From positions 13,332,001-13,392,000 of the forward strand of contig NC_058369.1 in assembly GCF_018350175.1 (NCBI RefSeq): a stretch of DNA of 60,000 nt. The letters are read 5' to 3'. Below are positions 23,516 to 35,652 of the stretch, piece after piece. The position numbers and the translations under genes are program-made. The DNA comes from Felis catus (lineage: Eukaryota). The notes beneath the pieces are model-generated. The model was not told the origin of the DNA. It was given only the letters and a program-made list of their open reading frames with translations, and did no database searches. Numbering within the stretch: position 1 is the first letter of the stretch; every line of letters begins with the position of its first letter.

Positions 23516-25311
23516 GCAGCCAGGCTCCTGACCCCTTCCTGGCATCTGCTTACCCTGCAGCTGTGCTGATTCCTACAGAGTGTGGGGGAGGGTCTGCTCA
23601 GAACATCTGCATCAGCTTAACCAGGTGACTTCAACTCAGCACCTCCCCAGCCCCCTTCCCAGAGCTGCTCCTCCAGGTTACCCAGCTCCTGGACTTCTGC
23701 TCCCTGCTCACCTTCTAACCCCATCCCTTAGTACCGTTGACTGAGTCTACTGAGGGGGGGAGGGGCCGGCCACAAAGCTTCCCACCTCCCCGACACCCCA
23801 GGGCCTCCGGCTTGGCTCAGCCTCCCCTGCCCCGCTGATCTTGGCATCCGCAGCTGAGGCCAACAGAGGCCCCAGATTCTTGTTGAGATTCTTGTGAGAC
23901 TTGTCAAGAAGCCAGACGGAGCAAAAGACGGGACCTGGTGGGAAGCAGGTAAGTTTCCACTGGTACAACCCCACCGGCCTCCTCCTCGGGGCGACAACTT
24001 GGGTCAGCTTCAGGCTCAGTTGGCTCCAGGCGCACCTGGGGCAGAGCAAGGCAAGGATAAAGGACCACCCCCCCCCCCAGCCCCTCTATCCTGTCCTCCT
24101 TGGGGCCAGGTCTCAGACTGGGGCTGGAATCTGGGACTCCCCCTAAATCAGCAGCCCCTGAGGACCGAGGAGGCAGCTGACCTCACACCATCCCAACCCA
24201 CAGTATAGACTCTCAACGAAAGAGCTGTGCAACCTGCCGTCAGTTGCTGCCCCTGTCTGGGTCATCCACATCACTTTCTCCAAATCCTGACCTGGCAACA
24301 GGTCACTCAAAAAGCAGGTCAACCTCTTTGTTGTCCCAGCAACACAGGGCTCCTACATCATGGAAAAAAAAAAAAATAAAAAAAAAGATCACGAGAGGGA
24401 AAGATTTTTTCTTTCTTCCTTTTTTTTTTTTTTTTTTTTTTAAATGCCTACTGGGTCATATTCACATTGCTCTGAAATTTACTGTTTTCTTTTCAAGAGT
24501 AAATCACAGAAATGTTTCCTGGGCAGTAATTATAAATCTGATTCATCTCTTGACTTCTTAAAAAAACTTGAATTTCCCTGTTATCTTTTTATCACACAAT
24601 ATGAAGTTTAGAGAGCCAGATTGTTCTGGAACGCTTGTTATGAAACTCTGTAGCCCCCTACGGCTCCCGTGTTTGATGGAATCAAGAAAAACAGCCACAC
24701 CATCGGGAGAGAAGGAAGAACAGTGTTGGAGGGATCTGGACTCACGGGTATTAGGGAACGAGGGTGTTTGGACTGGAGCCAGACACGTGGACAAGCCTCC
24801 CTCTTGCCCACCTTCAGCACCTGTGGATCCCAGATCCTCTTTCCCCAGGTTCTGAAACAGCCCCTTGGTCTCCGCTCCCTGCATTCCGGCCTCTGACCTG
24901 CTTCTCTACTCCCGAGGGATCTGACACCCAGCCTCCCTCCCCGGCTCACACATCCTTCATAGCTCCCTACTGCCCTCAGAACAAAATCCATCTGGTAGCA
25001 TGAAGCCTCTGGAATCCCCTTCCCCTCCTCATGCCCACTCCCAGTGAGACAGCGAGGGCTCTGGACTTAGAGCCAGGCAGAGCAGAGTTCAAATCCCGAT
25101 TTTGCTGTTTTCCGGCTCAGCCCGGGGGCGGGGGGGGGGGGGGGGTGTCTCGGTCTCTTGGAGATTCACGTTCCAGGTCCGTAATAACAATGGGTGTGTG
25201 TTCTAAGGGGGCCGTAAAGGCATTGCCCTTGACCAAAGGCATTGCCGAGATGACTGGCCGCAGGCTCTGAGGAGAGCCAACCCGGGGTTCCTGGTGGAGG
25301 CCCATGTTTGA

Positions 25312-26389
25312 TGTAGGGAAAGAGGCACAAGACTGGGCGACTATCGGGGCGAGGTGAAAATGACGTGATTTGAAGTGAGGTTCAGGAGCGAACGGTCAAG
25401 AAAGAGTTCTTGAGGGGCGCCTGGGTGGCTCAGTTTGGTAAGCGTCTGTCTCTTGATTTCAGCTCAGGTCATGATCTCACGAGAGATGGAGTCCCCCCTC
25501 CACCCCATGGGGCTCTGCGCTGGCAGCCCAGAGCCTGCTTAGGATTCTCTCTCCTTCCCTCTCTCTGCCTCTCCCCTGCTCATGCTCTCTCTCTCTCTCT
25601 CTCTCTCAAAATACACAAATAAACATTAAAAAAGAAAAGAAAAGAACGCTTGAGACGTTTTGGTACAAAAAGGTGGTTTTTTTTAATGTTTAAATTTAAA
25701 TTTAAAATTTTTAAATGAAATTGAAATTGAAATTTGTGAAATGAAATTTAAATGAAATTTGACATTTGTGAAATGAAATTTAACATTTGTGAAATGAAAT
25801 TTAACATTTGTGAAATGAAATTTAAATGAAATTTAACATTTGTGAAATGAATAACATTTGTGAAATGAAATTTAACGTTTGTGAAATGAAATTTAACATT
25901 TGTGAAATGAAGTTTAACATTTGTGAAATGAAACTGAAATGAAATTTAAAAAAATTGTTAATTTAAATCGAAATTTTTTAAATTTAAATTTAGAATTTTT
26001 TAATTAAAATACTGAGTGTGTTTGTACTAAAGCATGAGGAGAGGACCGCGGGCAGAAAGAACTGGAAGAAGACCCGCGCCGGGGTGGGGAGGGGCCACTG
26101 ATGATACACTCTGGAGTTGGGGGAGGGAGAGTGGAAGTCTCCAGAAGAATTTCCAAATGTCAAAGACTTCTGGGATCCTGCAGGCCTAGCTATTGTCAGG
26201 CTAGGTTGTTTTTATCTCTAGTGAGGCATTAACGCGAAGATTGGAAGGTCTTGGAGGAGGGTTATACCCCCCCAGCCCCCCCCCCCCCCCCCCCCCCCCC
26301 CCCCGTCTGCCTCAAGTATTTGTCAATGGGCTATAGGTTATAAGGAAATGTAATTTTATCTACATTTCCTTTTGCCTTTGTTCCCCACA
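25312..26389 (-). mobile_element. ERV LTR interrupted by a Can-SINE (about 25413-25645) and an AT-rich minisatellite
   Basis: TG...CA ends; minus strand begins TGTGGGGAACAAAGGCAAAAGGAAATGTAGATAAAAT; TSD not clearly seen. Confidence 0.55.
25714..25950 (+). repeat. AT-rich minisatellite, ~21-bp unit AACATTTGTGAAATGAAATTT
   Basis: Nine copies of TTTGTGAAATGAA between 25733 and about 25932. Confidence 0.92.
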
Positions 26390-26914
26390 CCCGAGGTGTG
26401 CAAGGGCTTCAGGAAACCCACAGATTACTCTTATTGGGGAGAAGGGTCAACCCCAGAAAGCAAATAGCAGCTCCGTGTTCCCAATAGCCCTGGTCACCCA
26501 TCGAAGTCTGGTCCCCACCCCAGCCCACCTGGGGTCACCACCATCCACAGAAAGGTGCAGCGTGTTTGCTAAATGCAGTCCTTGCTCAAACATTTGTTTT
26601 CACGACAAGACGCCTGCAGAGGCCCCATATGCCCTTTAGGCAGGGACAGAGCCCACAGCTGGCGTGGAGGAGGAGGAGAGGCGTGTGTCCCCCGAGGCTG
26701 CACACAGCGGGACCCAGGGCTTCTCTCCAGGCCCGAGACTCTGGGCCAGGAGTCCCGTGGTGGGAGAACACGCCCCGCTCAGAGCTCGGGCCACGGACTC
26801 AGAATCTTCAGCCTTCATCATAAAGAAAGAACGAAGTACCGACACAGGGCACAACACGGACGAACCTTGAAAACATCACGCCAAGTGAAGAAAGCCGGGA
26901 AGCAAAGGCCACGT

Positions 26915-27314
26915 TAAGTGTTGGTTCGTAGGTTCGAGCCCCCTTGTCGGACTCTGCGTTGACAGCTCAGAGCCTGGAACCTGCGTCGGACCCTGTCTCC
27001 CTCTCTCTCTGCTGCTTGTTGTTGTGTTGTGTCTCTCCCTCAAAAATAAATGAATAGGGGCGCCTGGGTGGCGCAGTCGGTTGAGCGTCCGACTTCAGCC
27101 AGGTCACGATCTCGTGGTCCGTGGGTTCGAGCCCCGCGTCGGGCTCTGGGCTGATGGCTCGGAGCCTGGAGCCTGTTTCCGGTTCTGTGTCTCCCTCTCT
27201 CTCTGCCCCTCCCCTGTTCATGCTCTGTCTCTCTCTGTCCCCAAAATAAATAAACGTTGAAAAAAAAATTTTTTTTTTAAATTAAAAAAAATAATAAATG
27301 AATAAACATCAAAA

Positions 27315-27347
<33 letters not shown>

Positions 27348-27350
27348 GAA
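26915..27350 (+). mobile_element. Young feline-type Can-SINE (27057-about 27292) nested in the tail of an older SINE
   Basis: TSD AATAAATGAATA on both sides; near-consensus body. Confidence 0.85.
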
Positions 27351-27354
27351 AAGT

Positions 27355-27863
27355 CCAGAACAGGCAAACCCATAGAGACAGACAGCAGATTAGTTAGTAC
27401 TTGTAGGGACTGAAGAAGGGGGATGGGGAGTGGCTGTTAATGGGCATGAGGTTTGCTTTCGGGGAGATGGGAGCGTTCTGGAACCAGATGGACAGGATGG
27501 TTACACAACACCATGAATGTATTAAATGTCACTGAATTGTACACTTTAATCGGTTAATTTGATGGCATACGAATTTCACCCCAACAATCATAAATAAGTA
27601 AAATACTGTAATAATAATTAAAAAAAAAGAATCATAGCCACTATGGAAAACTATATGAGAGTTCCTAAAACAATCAGATGCAGAATTACCACATGACCCA
27701 GCAATCCATTTCGGGATAGATCCCCGAAAGAATTGAAGGCAAATATCGAACAGATTTTTGCAAACATAGCAACATTATTCAGAATAGCCAAAAGGTGGAA
27801 GTGACCCAGATGTCCACTGACAGATGCACGGAGAAATATATATATATATATACACACATATAT

Positions 27864-27914
<51 letters not shown>

Positions 27915-27957
27915 TATAAAATTATATATATATATATATACACACACACACATATAT

Positions 27958-27997
<40 letters not shown>

Positions 27998-28240
27998 TAT
28001 ATATATGTGTATACACACACACATATACACCTTGGAATATCATTCAGTCTTAAAAAGGAAGGAAATTCTGATGCAGTCTACAGCATGGATGAACCTTAGG
28101 GACATAATGCTGAGTGAAATCAGCTAATCCCAAAAGGACAGATACGGCGTGTTTCCATTTATGTCAGGCCTCTAGAGTAGTCATATTTGTAGAGAGAGAA
28201 GGTAGAATGGGGGTTGCAGGGAAGGAACAGGGAATTAGTG
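27355..28240 (+). mobile_element. L1 3'-end fragments (sense)
   Basis: agaattaccacatgacccagcaatcc, catggatgaaccttagggacataatgctgagtgaaatcagc. Confidence 0.75.
27836..28030. repeat. Compound (TA)n/(CA)n microsatellite
   Basis: Three (TA)n(CA)m..TAAAAT modules. Confidence 0.9.
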
Positions 28241-28689
28241 TTGTTGTTTTTTTAAAGCTTATTTTCAGAGAGAGAGGGCCTGAGTGGGGGAGGGGCAGAG
28301 AGAGAGGGAGAGAGAGGGTCCCAAGCAGGCTCTGCACTGACGGTGTAGAGCCTGACATGGGGCTCAAACCCATGAACCGTGAGATCATGACCTGAGCCAA
28401 AATCAAGAGTCAGACGCTTAACTGACTGAGCCACCCAGGTGCCCCATCCTCAGCCCATTTTTAAAAAAATGTTGAGGGGCACCTGGGTGGCTCAGTCGGT
28501 TGGGTGTCCGACTTTGGCTCGGGTCATGATCTCACAGTTCGTGGGTTTGAGCCCCACATGAGGCTCTGTGCTGACAGCTCAAGAGCCTGGAGCCTGCCTC
28601 GGATTCTGTGTTTCCCTCTCTCTCTCTCTGCCCCTCCCCTGCTCTCTCCCTCTCTCTCTCAAAAATAAATAAACATTAAAAATTAAAAA

Positions 28690-29515
28690 AAAATTGAGTT
28701 ATGTGAATTCTTTATATATTTTGGATATTAACCATTTATTGGACATATGATTTGCAAATAACTTCTCCTGTCCAGTGGGTTGCCTTTTCATTATGATGAT
28801 GGTTTCCTTCACGGTGCAGTTCGATGCCATCCCATCTATTTAGTTTTGCTTTTGTTTCTCTTGCCTTTGGAGTCAGACACATCTCTACCTCTAAGACCGC
28901 TGCTGAAAAGCCTACCGCTTGTGTTTTCTTCTAGGAATTTTATGGTTTCAGGTCTTACTTTCACATCTTTAATCCATCTGGAGTTACTTTTTGCGCACAG
29001 TGTAAGATATCAGTTTAGTTTCATTCTTTCACATGTGGCTGCCCAGTTTCCCCAGCACTGTTGATTGAAGAGGCTGTCCTTCCTCCATTAAATGTTCTTG
29101 ACTCCTTTAAAAAAATTTTTTTTTAAAGTTTACTTATTTTTGAGACACAGAGAGACAGAGCATGAGCGGGGGAGGGTCAGAGAGAGAGAGGGAGTCACAG
29201 AATCTGAAACAGGCTCCAGGCTCCGAGCTGTCAGCACAGAGCCCGACGCGGGCTCGAACTCACGGACCACGAGATCATGACCTGAGCGGAAGTCGGCCGC
29301 TCAACAGACTGAGCCATCCAGACGCCCTTCTCGACTCCTTTTTATAAACAAACTGTTCATCTATGTGTAGGTTTATTTCTGGGCTCTCAATTCTGTTCCA
29401 TTGATCTGTGTGTCTGTTTTTATGCCAATGCCATACTGTTTTGATTATTACAGTTTTGTAGTATAATTTGAAATCAAGGAGCATAGAGTTTTTCTTCTTT
29501 CTCAAGATTGTTTTG
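28690..29515 (-). mobile_element. L1 ORF2 fragment (antisense) with an embedded SINE (about 29113-29327)
   Basis: Minus-strand translation DFKLYYKTVIIKTVWHWHKNRHTDQWNRIESPEIN, typical of L1 ORF2. Confidence 0.88.
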
Positions 29516-29576
29516 AGCATTACATAATGATAAAAGGGCCAATTCAGCAAGAAGATACATATTTATAAATATTATG

Positions 29577-29579
<3 letters not shown>

Positions 29580-29638
<59 letters not shown>
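29580..29638. repeat. (TA)n microsatellite
   Basis: About 29 uninterrupted TA units. Confidence 0.97.
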
Positions 29639-29641
<3 letters not shown>

Positions 29642-30061
29642 AGAAGTAACAATGACCTTAAGTGATACATTAAACCAGATGGACTTAAGCTATATTTACG
29701 GAACATTCCGGATCATATGTTAGGCCACAGAGCAAGTCTCAATAAATTCAAGACTGAAATCATATCAAGCATCTCTTCCTACCACAATGGGATGAAACTA
29801 GAAATCAGTCATAAGAAGAAAACTGAAAACAAAAATGTGGAGACTGGGGCGCCTGGGTGGCTCAGTTGGTTAAGCATCCGACTCTTGATCTCAGGGGTGT
29901 GAGCTCAAGCCCTGCATTGCATTCTGCAATGGGCATGAAGCCTACTTTAGAAAAATGTGGAGATTAAACAGCATGCTGCTGAACAACAAATAGGTCATCA
30001 AACAAATCAAGGGAGAAATAAAAAACTACGTAGAGACAGTTGAAAATAGAAATACAACGTA

Positions 30062-30292
30062 CAGTAACACCTTGGTTTGTGAGCCTGAAACATGCTTGTA
30101 ATCCAAAGCACTTGTATATCAGAGTGAATTTCAAGAACCATTGACTCAGTTGTCATCGTGGGACATTTCAGCGTCACGTACTACTCGTATGGCAAGATAT
30201 CGCTCGTTTAGCAAATTAAAATTTATTAGAAATTTTTGCTTGTCTTACAGAACATTTGCAGAACAAGTTACCTGCAGTCCAAGGTTTTACTG
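30062..30292. mobile_element. 231-bp Tc1/mariner (Tigger-like) MITE inserted in L1 ORF2
   Basis: TIRs CAGTAACACCTTGG / CCAAGGTTTTACTG and TA target duplication at 30060-61 and 30293-94. Confidence 0.85.
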
Positions 30293-30649
30293 TAGCAAAA
30301 TCTATGGGATGCAGCAAAAGTGGTTCTAAGAGGGAAATTCATAGCAGTCCATGGTCTCCTCAAAAAACAAACCAAAAAAAATCACAAGTAATCAGTCTAA
30401 CTTAACACCTAAAGGAACTAGAAAAAGAAAAACAGGTAAAGCCTGAAATTAGCAGGAGGAAGGAAATCATAAAGATCGAGCGGAAATAGATGAAACAGGG
30501 ACTAAAAAGACGATAGGAAAGATCAATGAAACTTAATGCTGTTTCCTCAACAAGATAAACAAAATTTACAAACCTTTAGCTTGACCAACCCAGGAAAAGG
30601 GGAAGTTAGGATGTGATGTATATTTCACTCCAAATTAAGAGAAAAAAGA

Positions 30650-31480
30650 ATCTAGAGTCTTCAAGTGGCAGATTCCTAGAATTTGGGGACTTTAGGGACA
30701 GTAACCTTAAATTGTGTTCTTCTGACAATACTTTGGGCTCTGATGAAGGCCAGCAGCCTTGTCCATGGCACCCTCTCTCAGTGACCTGGCCTGATCCGGC
30801 CAGGAAAGCCATGGAAGCTCTGGTTGGACCATGCTGGGTATGTTGGCTTCTTTTCTTTTTTCTTTTCTTTTCTCTCTTCCTTTCTTTTCTTTTCTTTTCT
30901 GTTCTTTTTTCTTTTCTCTTTTCTTTTTTCTTTCCTTTCCTGTTTTTTCTTTTTTGAAGTTTATTTTGAGAGACACAGAGATAGTGTGAGTCGGAGAGGA
31001 GCAGAGAGAGAGGGAGAAAGAGAGAATCCCAAGTAGGCTCCACGCTGTCAGCACAGAGCACGACGAGGGGCTTGAACCCATGAACCCTGAGATCATGACC
31101 TGAGCCGAAACCAAGGGCCGGACGCTTAACCACCGGGGCCACTGAGGCACCCCATGCTGGGTATGTTGGTTATTGGCAAGGGAGACAGACACCATAGGGA
31201 CCAGAGCGCAAGGAGGGGCTTATTTTTATTGGGTTCAAGGAAGGAGAGTTGTGCTCTGGATCGGCCACAAAGAGGAAGAGGGGGATGACTCTGTTTTGGC
31301 ATCTTGATTTTTTACCCAGGGGCCAGGAGGAATCGGGGGAGGCTGTGGCTATAACTGTGAGTAGCAGCAGTTGCTCCTGGTGGCCAGGAAGGGAGACTTC
31401 TGGCCGTTTTTGTGATTTGCAAGGTGTTCTTGTGTTTGCCCGTGCTCAGACATGATTATGAACGGGTCTTTCTGGGTTTT
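30650..31480. mobile_element. LTR-like sequence split by a Can-SINE (about 30849-31152, -) with a long (CTTTT)n tail
   Basis: SINE flanked by the TSD CCATGCTGGGTATGTTGG; flanks look LTR-like but the family is uncertain. Confidence 0.5.
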
Positions 31481-32926
31481 TTTTTTTTCCGTTTTTTATT
31501 TTGATTATGATTATAGACCCACAAGGAGTTGCAAAAACAGTACAGACAGGCTCCCTCTGCTGATCACCCGGCTACCCCCAAAAGTGACTTGCGTATATTT
31601 GCAAAAGCAGGAAATGGTGGCAAAAAAAAAATTATACACACACACATACAAGTACATTATACGTGTGTGTATGTATATATATGATGCGTGCATATTGTGT
31701 GAAGTAGAAACATGGCAAAAAATAAAGGCAGATTACAATTACGTGTAATGACCGGCGTTTTGTATCTCTTCCTTACTTAGAAACCAAATTTCTTTTCCAC
31801 TGCTGCCGCATCAGATGACCACACACTTAGCAGCTGAAAACAACACTCATTTCTTATCTCATTATTTTCTGTAGGTCCAGGCCCAGGTTCATCAGAGCTC
31901 AACTGGGCTTTGGGTTCAGGGTCCCACAATCCCAAGTCAACGTGAAATTCAGTGGCCTTTTTTTTTAAGTTTATTTATTTTGAGAGAGAGAGAGCGAGAG
32001 AGAGCAGCGAAAGGGCAGAGAGAGGGAGAGAGAGAGAATCCCAAGCAGGCTCCGCGCTGTCCGTGCAGAGCCTGACATGGGGCCCAAACCCGCGAACTGT
32101 GAGATCATGACCCGCGCCGAAGGCAGACGCTTCACCGACTGAGCCACCCGGGCGCCCCCGGGGTTTTGTGTCTTTTCGACAATTTTGTCCCATTAGCCGG
32201 AGGAGATGCTCTGAGAACATGCGTGGAAAGACAGTGCCATTTCCATTAAATCGTCTTTAAAGTTTCCCAAGTGAGGAGGAAAGGGAGAAAGACAGAAAAA
32301 AGAAATGAGGGGAGTCCTTTTCAGGTATGACATTTCCACTCGGTCAAAGGACCGAGAAGTTTCAGTGGAGGAAAACCCATTGGCACAGGCACACAAGCAC
32401 AAACAGAGTCATTACACCCAGTTCAAACATTCATCTGGGTCCTTGATAATCTCATCAAACCGTGGATTGCGGAGCCCAGCCCTTGTTACAGACGCCCCAA
32501 AGTCTAAAACAAACAAAGGGGTGTTTGGCCAAATGGTCTGTTTAGACAGGATGATGTCCCTGTGACAGCCTTTTTCTTTCTTGTTTCTAGATCCCTGTCC
32601 AATGAAAGGCCCCACAGTGGCCACTGCAATTCGAAACTTTGTTCCAACTCGTCCCCGATGGGGACAGTCCCAGCAGAGAGCGCCGTGTTTGAGTTAACGT
32701 GACGGAAACACGAAAGACGCAGGTGCTTGGCCCGGACCAAGCGCAGCTTTTGATGGAGGAAACTCCACAAGAACAGCAACGAGTGTTGGGAGGGCCCCTG
32801 TGCAACCTCGGCTTTCTAGAACTTTGCTAAAGGCTGGTCGACACCCATCGGAGGCCGAGAGGAGATCAGCCTGGATTTAGAGTGGACCCTCAACCCAATG
32901 ACAGTGTCTTTAGAAGAGACACAGGA

Positions 32927-33158
32927 GGGGCGCCTGGGTGGCGCAGTCGGTTAAGCGTCTGACTTCAGCCAGGTCACGATCTCGCGGTCCGTGAGTTCGA
33001 GCCCCGCGTCGGGCTCTGGGCTGATGGCTCGGAGCCTGGAGCCTGTTTCCGATTCTGTGTCTCCCTCTCTCTCTGCCCCTTCCCCGTTCGTGCTCTGTCT
33101 CTCTCTGTCCCAAAAATAAATAAACGTTGAAAAAAAAATTAAAAAAAAAAATAAAAAA
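32927..33158 (+). mobile_element. Young feline-type Can-SINE within an MLT-like LTR fragment
   Basis: Near-consensus body; TSD AGAAGAGACACA. Confidence 0.9.
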
Positions 33159-33931
33159 AGAAGAGACACAAGGGAAGGCCGCGTGAAGAAGGAGGCGGAG
33201 ACTGGAGCGATGTGGCCCCCCCCCCCCCAGCTGAGGAATGCCTGGGGCTGCCGGAAGCTGGAAAAGGCAAAGAAGGATGTCCCCCAAAGAGCCCCTGGGG
33301 GGTCCTGGGTGGGGGCAGCGAGGGTCTTGGCGGGGTCTCGACAGGATGCCCATCCCTCCGGATGCCCTACCAGACATACCTGTAGTCAGACCGAGTTGGG
33401 TGTAATGGCTCATTGCAGGGGGGCTCTGTGTAGCATCCCAGAAAGAGGGGGTTAGGAAGGGCTTATTATAAAACTGGGGCTTACGTGCGGCGGTTTGAGG
33501 ACGGGGAGGTTTGGCCCTCTCGGCGGTTTGTGATCATGACCTTGTGTTCGTCTGAGGTCAGATGCACCGGAGGGGGCTTGTTTTTGCCTTGCTTCATCCT
33601 GGCTAGAGTGGCCTTTTCTGACACTGACGTTCTGTGAAATTACGTCACGTAGGAGAAAACCATAGCGCCGCTGTAGACGCTGGGCCAACTCCCACCGGAC
33701 CAAGGTCACGGTCCGCTTTCTTCTTTCTCACTTTACACCTATCACCCGGCCTTCGCGCATGCCATTCCCTCTGCCCAGAACGCCTTTCTCTCCCTTTCTT
33801 CACGCAGCCCTGTTTAAAGGCCACCTCCTCTGAGAAGGCCTCTTTGATCACCCAGCCTGCTGGCTTCTGTCACCCACTCTCAACGTGGGGAATATCTTCT
33901 GAGTATGGTGAGGATCATAATTTGGGGGGGG

Positions 33932-34278
33932 GGGGGCGCCGGGGTGGCTCAGTCGGTTAAGCGTCCGACTTCGGCTCAGGTCACGATCTCCCGGCTCGTG
34001 AGTTCGAGCCCCGCGTCGGGCTCTGCGCTGACAGCTCAGAGCCCGGAGCCTGCTTCGGATCCTGTGTCTCCCTCTTTCTGCCCCTTCCCTGTTCACGCTC
34101 TGTCTCTCTCAGTCTCAAAAGGAAACAAACATTTAAAAAATAAAGGATCATAATTTTTCTGTGTGTGACTTCCTGACTGTGTGAGCCCCAGAAAACCAGG
34201 GACCACGTCTGTCTAATTTTTTTGTAAATGCTTATTTATTTTGAGAGAGAAAGAGAGAGAGAGAGCAAGAGGGGGAGG

Positions 34279-34321
<43 letters not shown>

Positions 34322-34448
34322 TATATCCCAAACAGGCTCCACGCTGTCAGTGCAGACCCCCACATGGGACTCGATCTCACGAACAATCGCGAACCGAGCC
34401 GAGATCAAGAGTCGGACGCTTAACCATCGGAGCCACCCAGGTGCCCCC
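33932..34448. mobile_element. Two Can-SINEs (about 33932-34142 +, about 34215-34448 -)
   Basis: SINE heads, (GA/CT)n and A-tails. Confidence 0.85.
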
Positions 34449-34840
34449 AACTTGTCTCTGTATTCCAGCACAGGCTCGAAGTAGGCACTCAACACTTGTT
34501 TGAGAAGGAGGGCATGGAAGAGCTGTAGTGTCACCACGATAGAAGCTAAGAATCCTTAGGACGGGGAGTAGCATTGTGAGGCAGAGTGCCTGGCCGGTGG
34601 CAAAAGTCATCTTGCAGAAGATTTTGCTTGTTCTGGAACGATTCACTTGACCTACACCTCTGAGTTATGTCAATATGAAGCAAGAGGCATCCTGCCCCCG
34701 GGAAGGTGTGACGAGCCAATCTCTCTTTTAAATTATTTTAGCATTTTTTTTTTTTTTAAACCTGGCTCTTTACCAGCAGAAGGTTGACTAGGTGTTGGCT
34801 TTGCTGCCTCCACACATCCTGTACCTAATACTGAACAATA

Positions 34841-35652
34841 CAGGTGACCCTTAAACTGCATGGGTTTTTAACCGCACGGGTCCACTTATCCAAGGGTTTG
34901 GTTTTGTTTTGTTTTGTTTTCTCCATAAATGCAGTACAGGGCTACCAATGTAATTTCTCTCCCTGATGCTTTTCTTAGTAACATTTTTTTCTCTAGCTTA
35001 CTTTCTTGTAAGAATGCATTACATAATCTATATAACATGCCAAATATGCGTTTAGCAACCGATTGTTATTGGTCAGGCTTCTGGTCATTCGTCATTAAGT
35101 TTCTGGGGAGTCAAAAGTTATAGGCAGATTTTTTCTGCAAGGTTATTATTATTTTTTTTTAATGTTTCTTTAACATTGAGAGAGATAGACAGAGCGCGAG
35201 CAGGGGAGGGGAAGAGAGAGAGGGAGACACAGAATTGGAAGCAGGCTCCAGGCCCTGAGCTGTCAGCACAGAGCTCGACGCGGGGCTCGAACCCACGAAC
35301 CGTGAGATCGTGACCTGAGCCGAAGTCCGACGCTTAACCAACGGAGCCACCCAGGCACTCCGGCAGACTTTCTTTTTTCTTTTTCCAATGTTTATTTTTG
35401 AGAGAGAGAGAGAGAGAGAGAGCGAGCAGGGGAGGGGCAGAGAGGGAGGGAGACACAGAATCTGAAACAGGCTCCAGGCTCCGAGCTGTCAGCACAGGGC
35501 CCGACGCGGGGCTCGAACTCATGGACCGCGAGATCAGGACCTCAGCCGAAGTCCGACACAACCGACTGAACCACCCAGGCGCCCCTATACGCAGACTTTC
35601 GACCCCGTGGGAGTCGGTGCCCCTAAATCCTGTGTGGTTCAAGGGTCGGTTG
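34841..35652. mobile_element. Tigger2-like DNA transposon split by two tandem Can-SINEs (about 35150-35360 and 35370-35585, both -)
   Basis: TA|CAGGTGACCCTTAAAC ... GTTCAAGGGTCGGTTG|TA terminal inverted repeats with TA duplication. Confidence 0.75.

Larger units (their letters stand above)
29517..30600 (+). mobile_element. L1 ORF2 endonuclease-region fragment (sense), degraded
   Basis: cattacataatgataaaagggccaattcagcaagaagat (HYIMIKG.IQQED); MLGHRASLNKFKTEIISSISSYHNGMKLEI. Confidence 0.85.

Noticed and set aside
25714..25950. Regularly spaced repeats as a CRISPR-like array
   Set aside because: No unique spacers and eukaryotic context; it is a minisatellite
26277..26304. Long poly-C run (similar run near 3495-3518)
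   Set aside because: Simple homopolymers whose lengths are error-prone in assemblies; no further structure
30606..31142. Lys/Arg/Glu-rich 178-aa ORF
   Set aside because: Translation of a SINE and its (AAAAG)n tail
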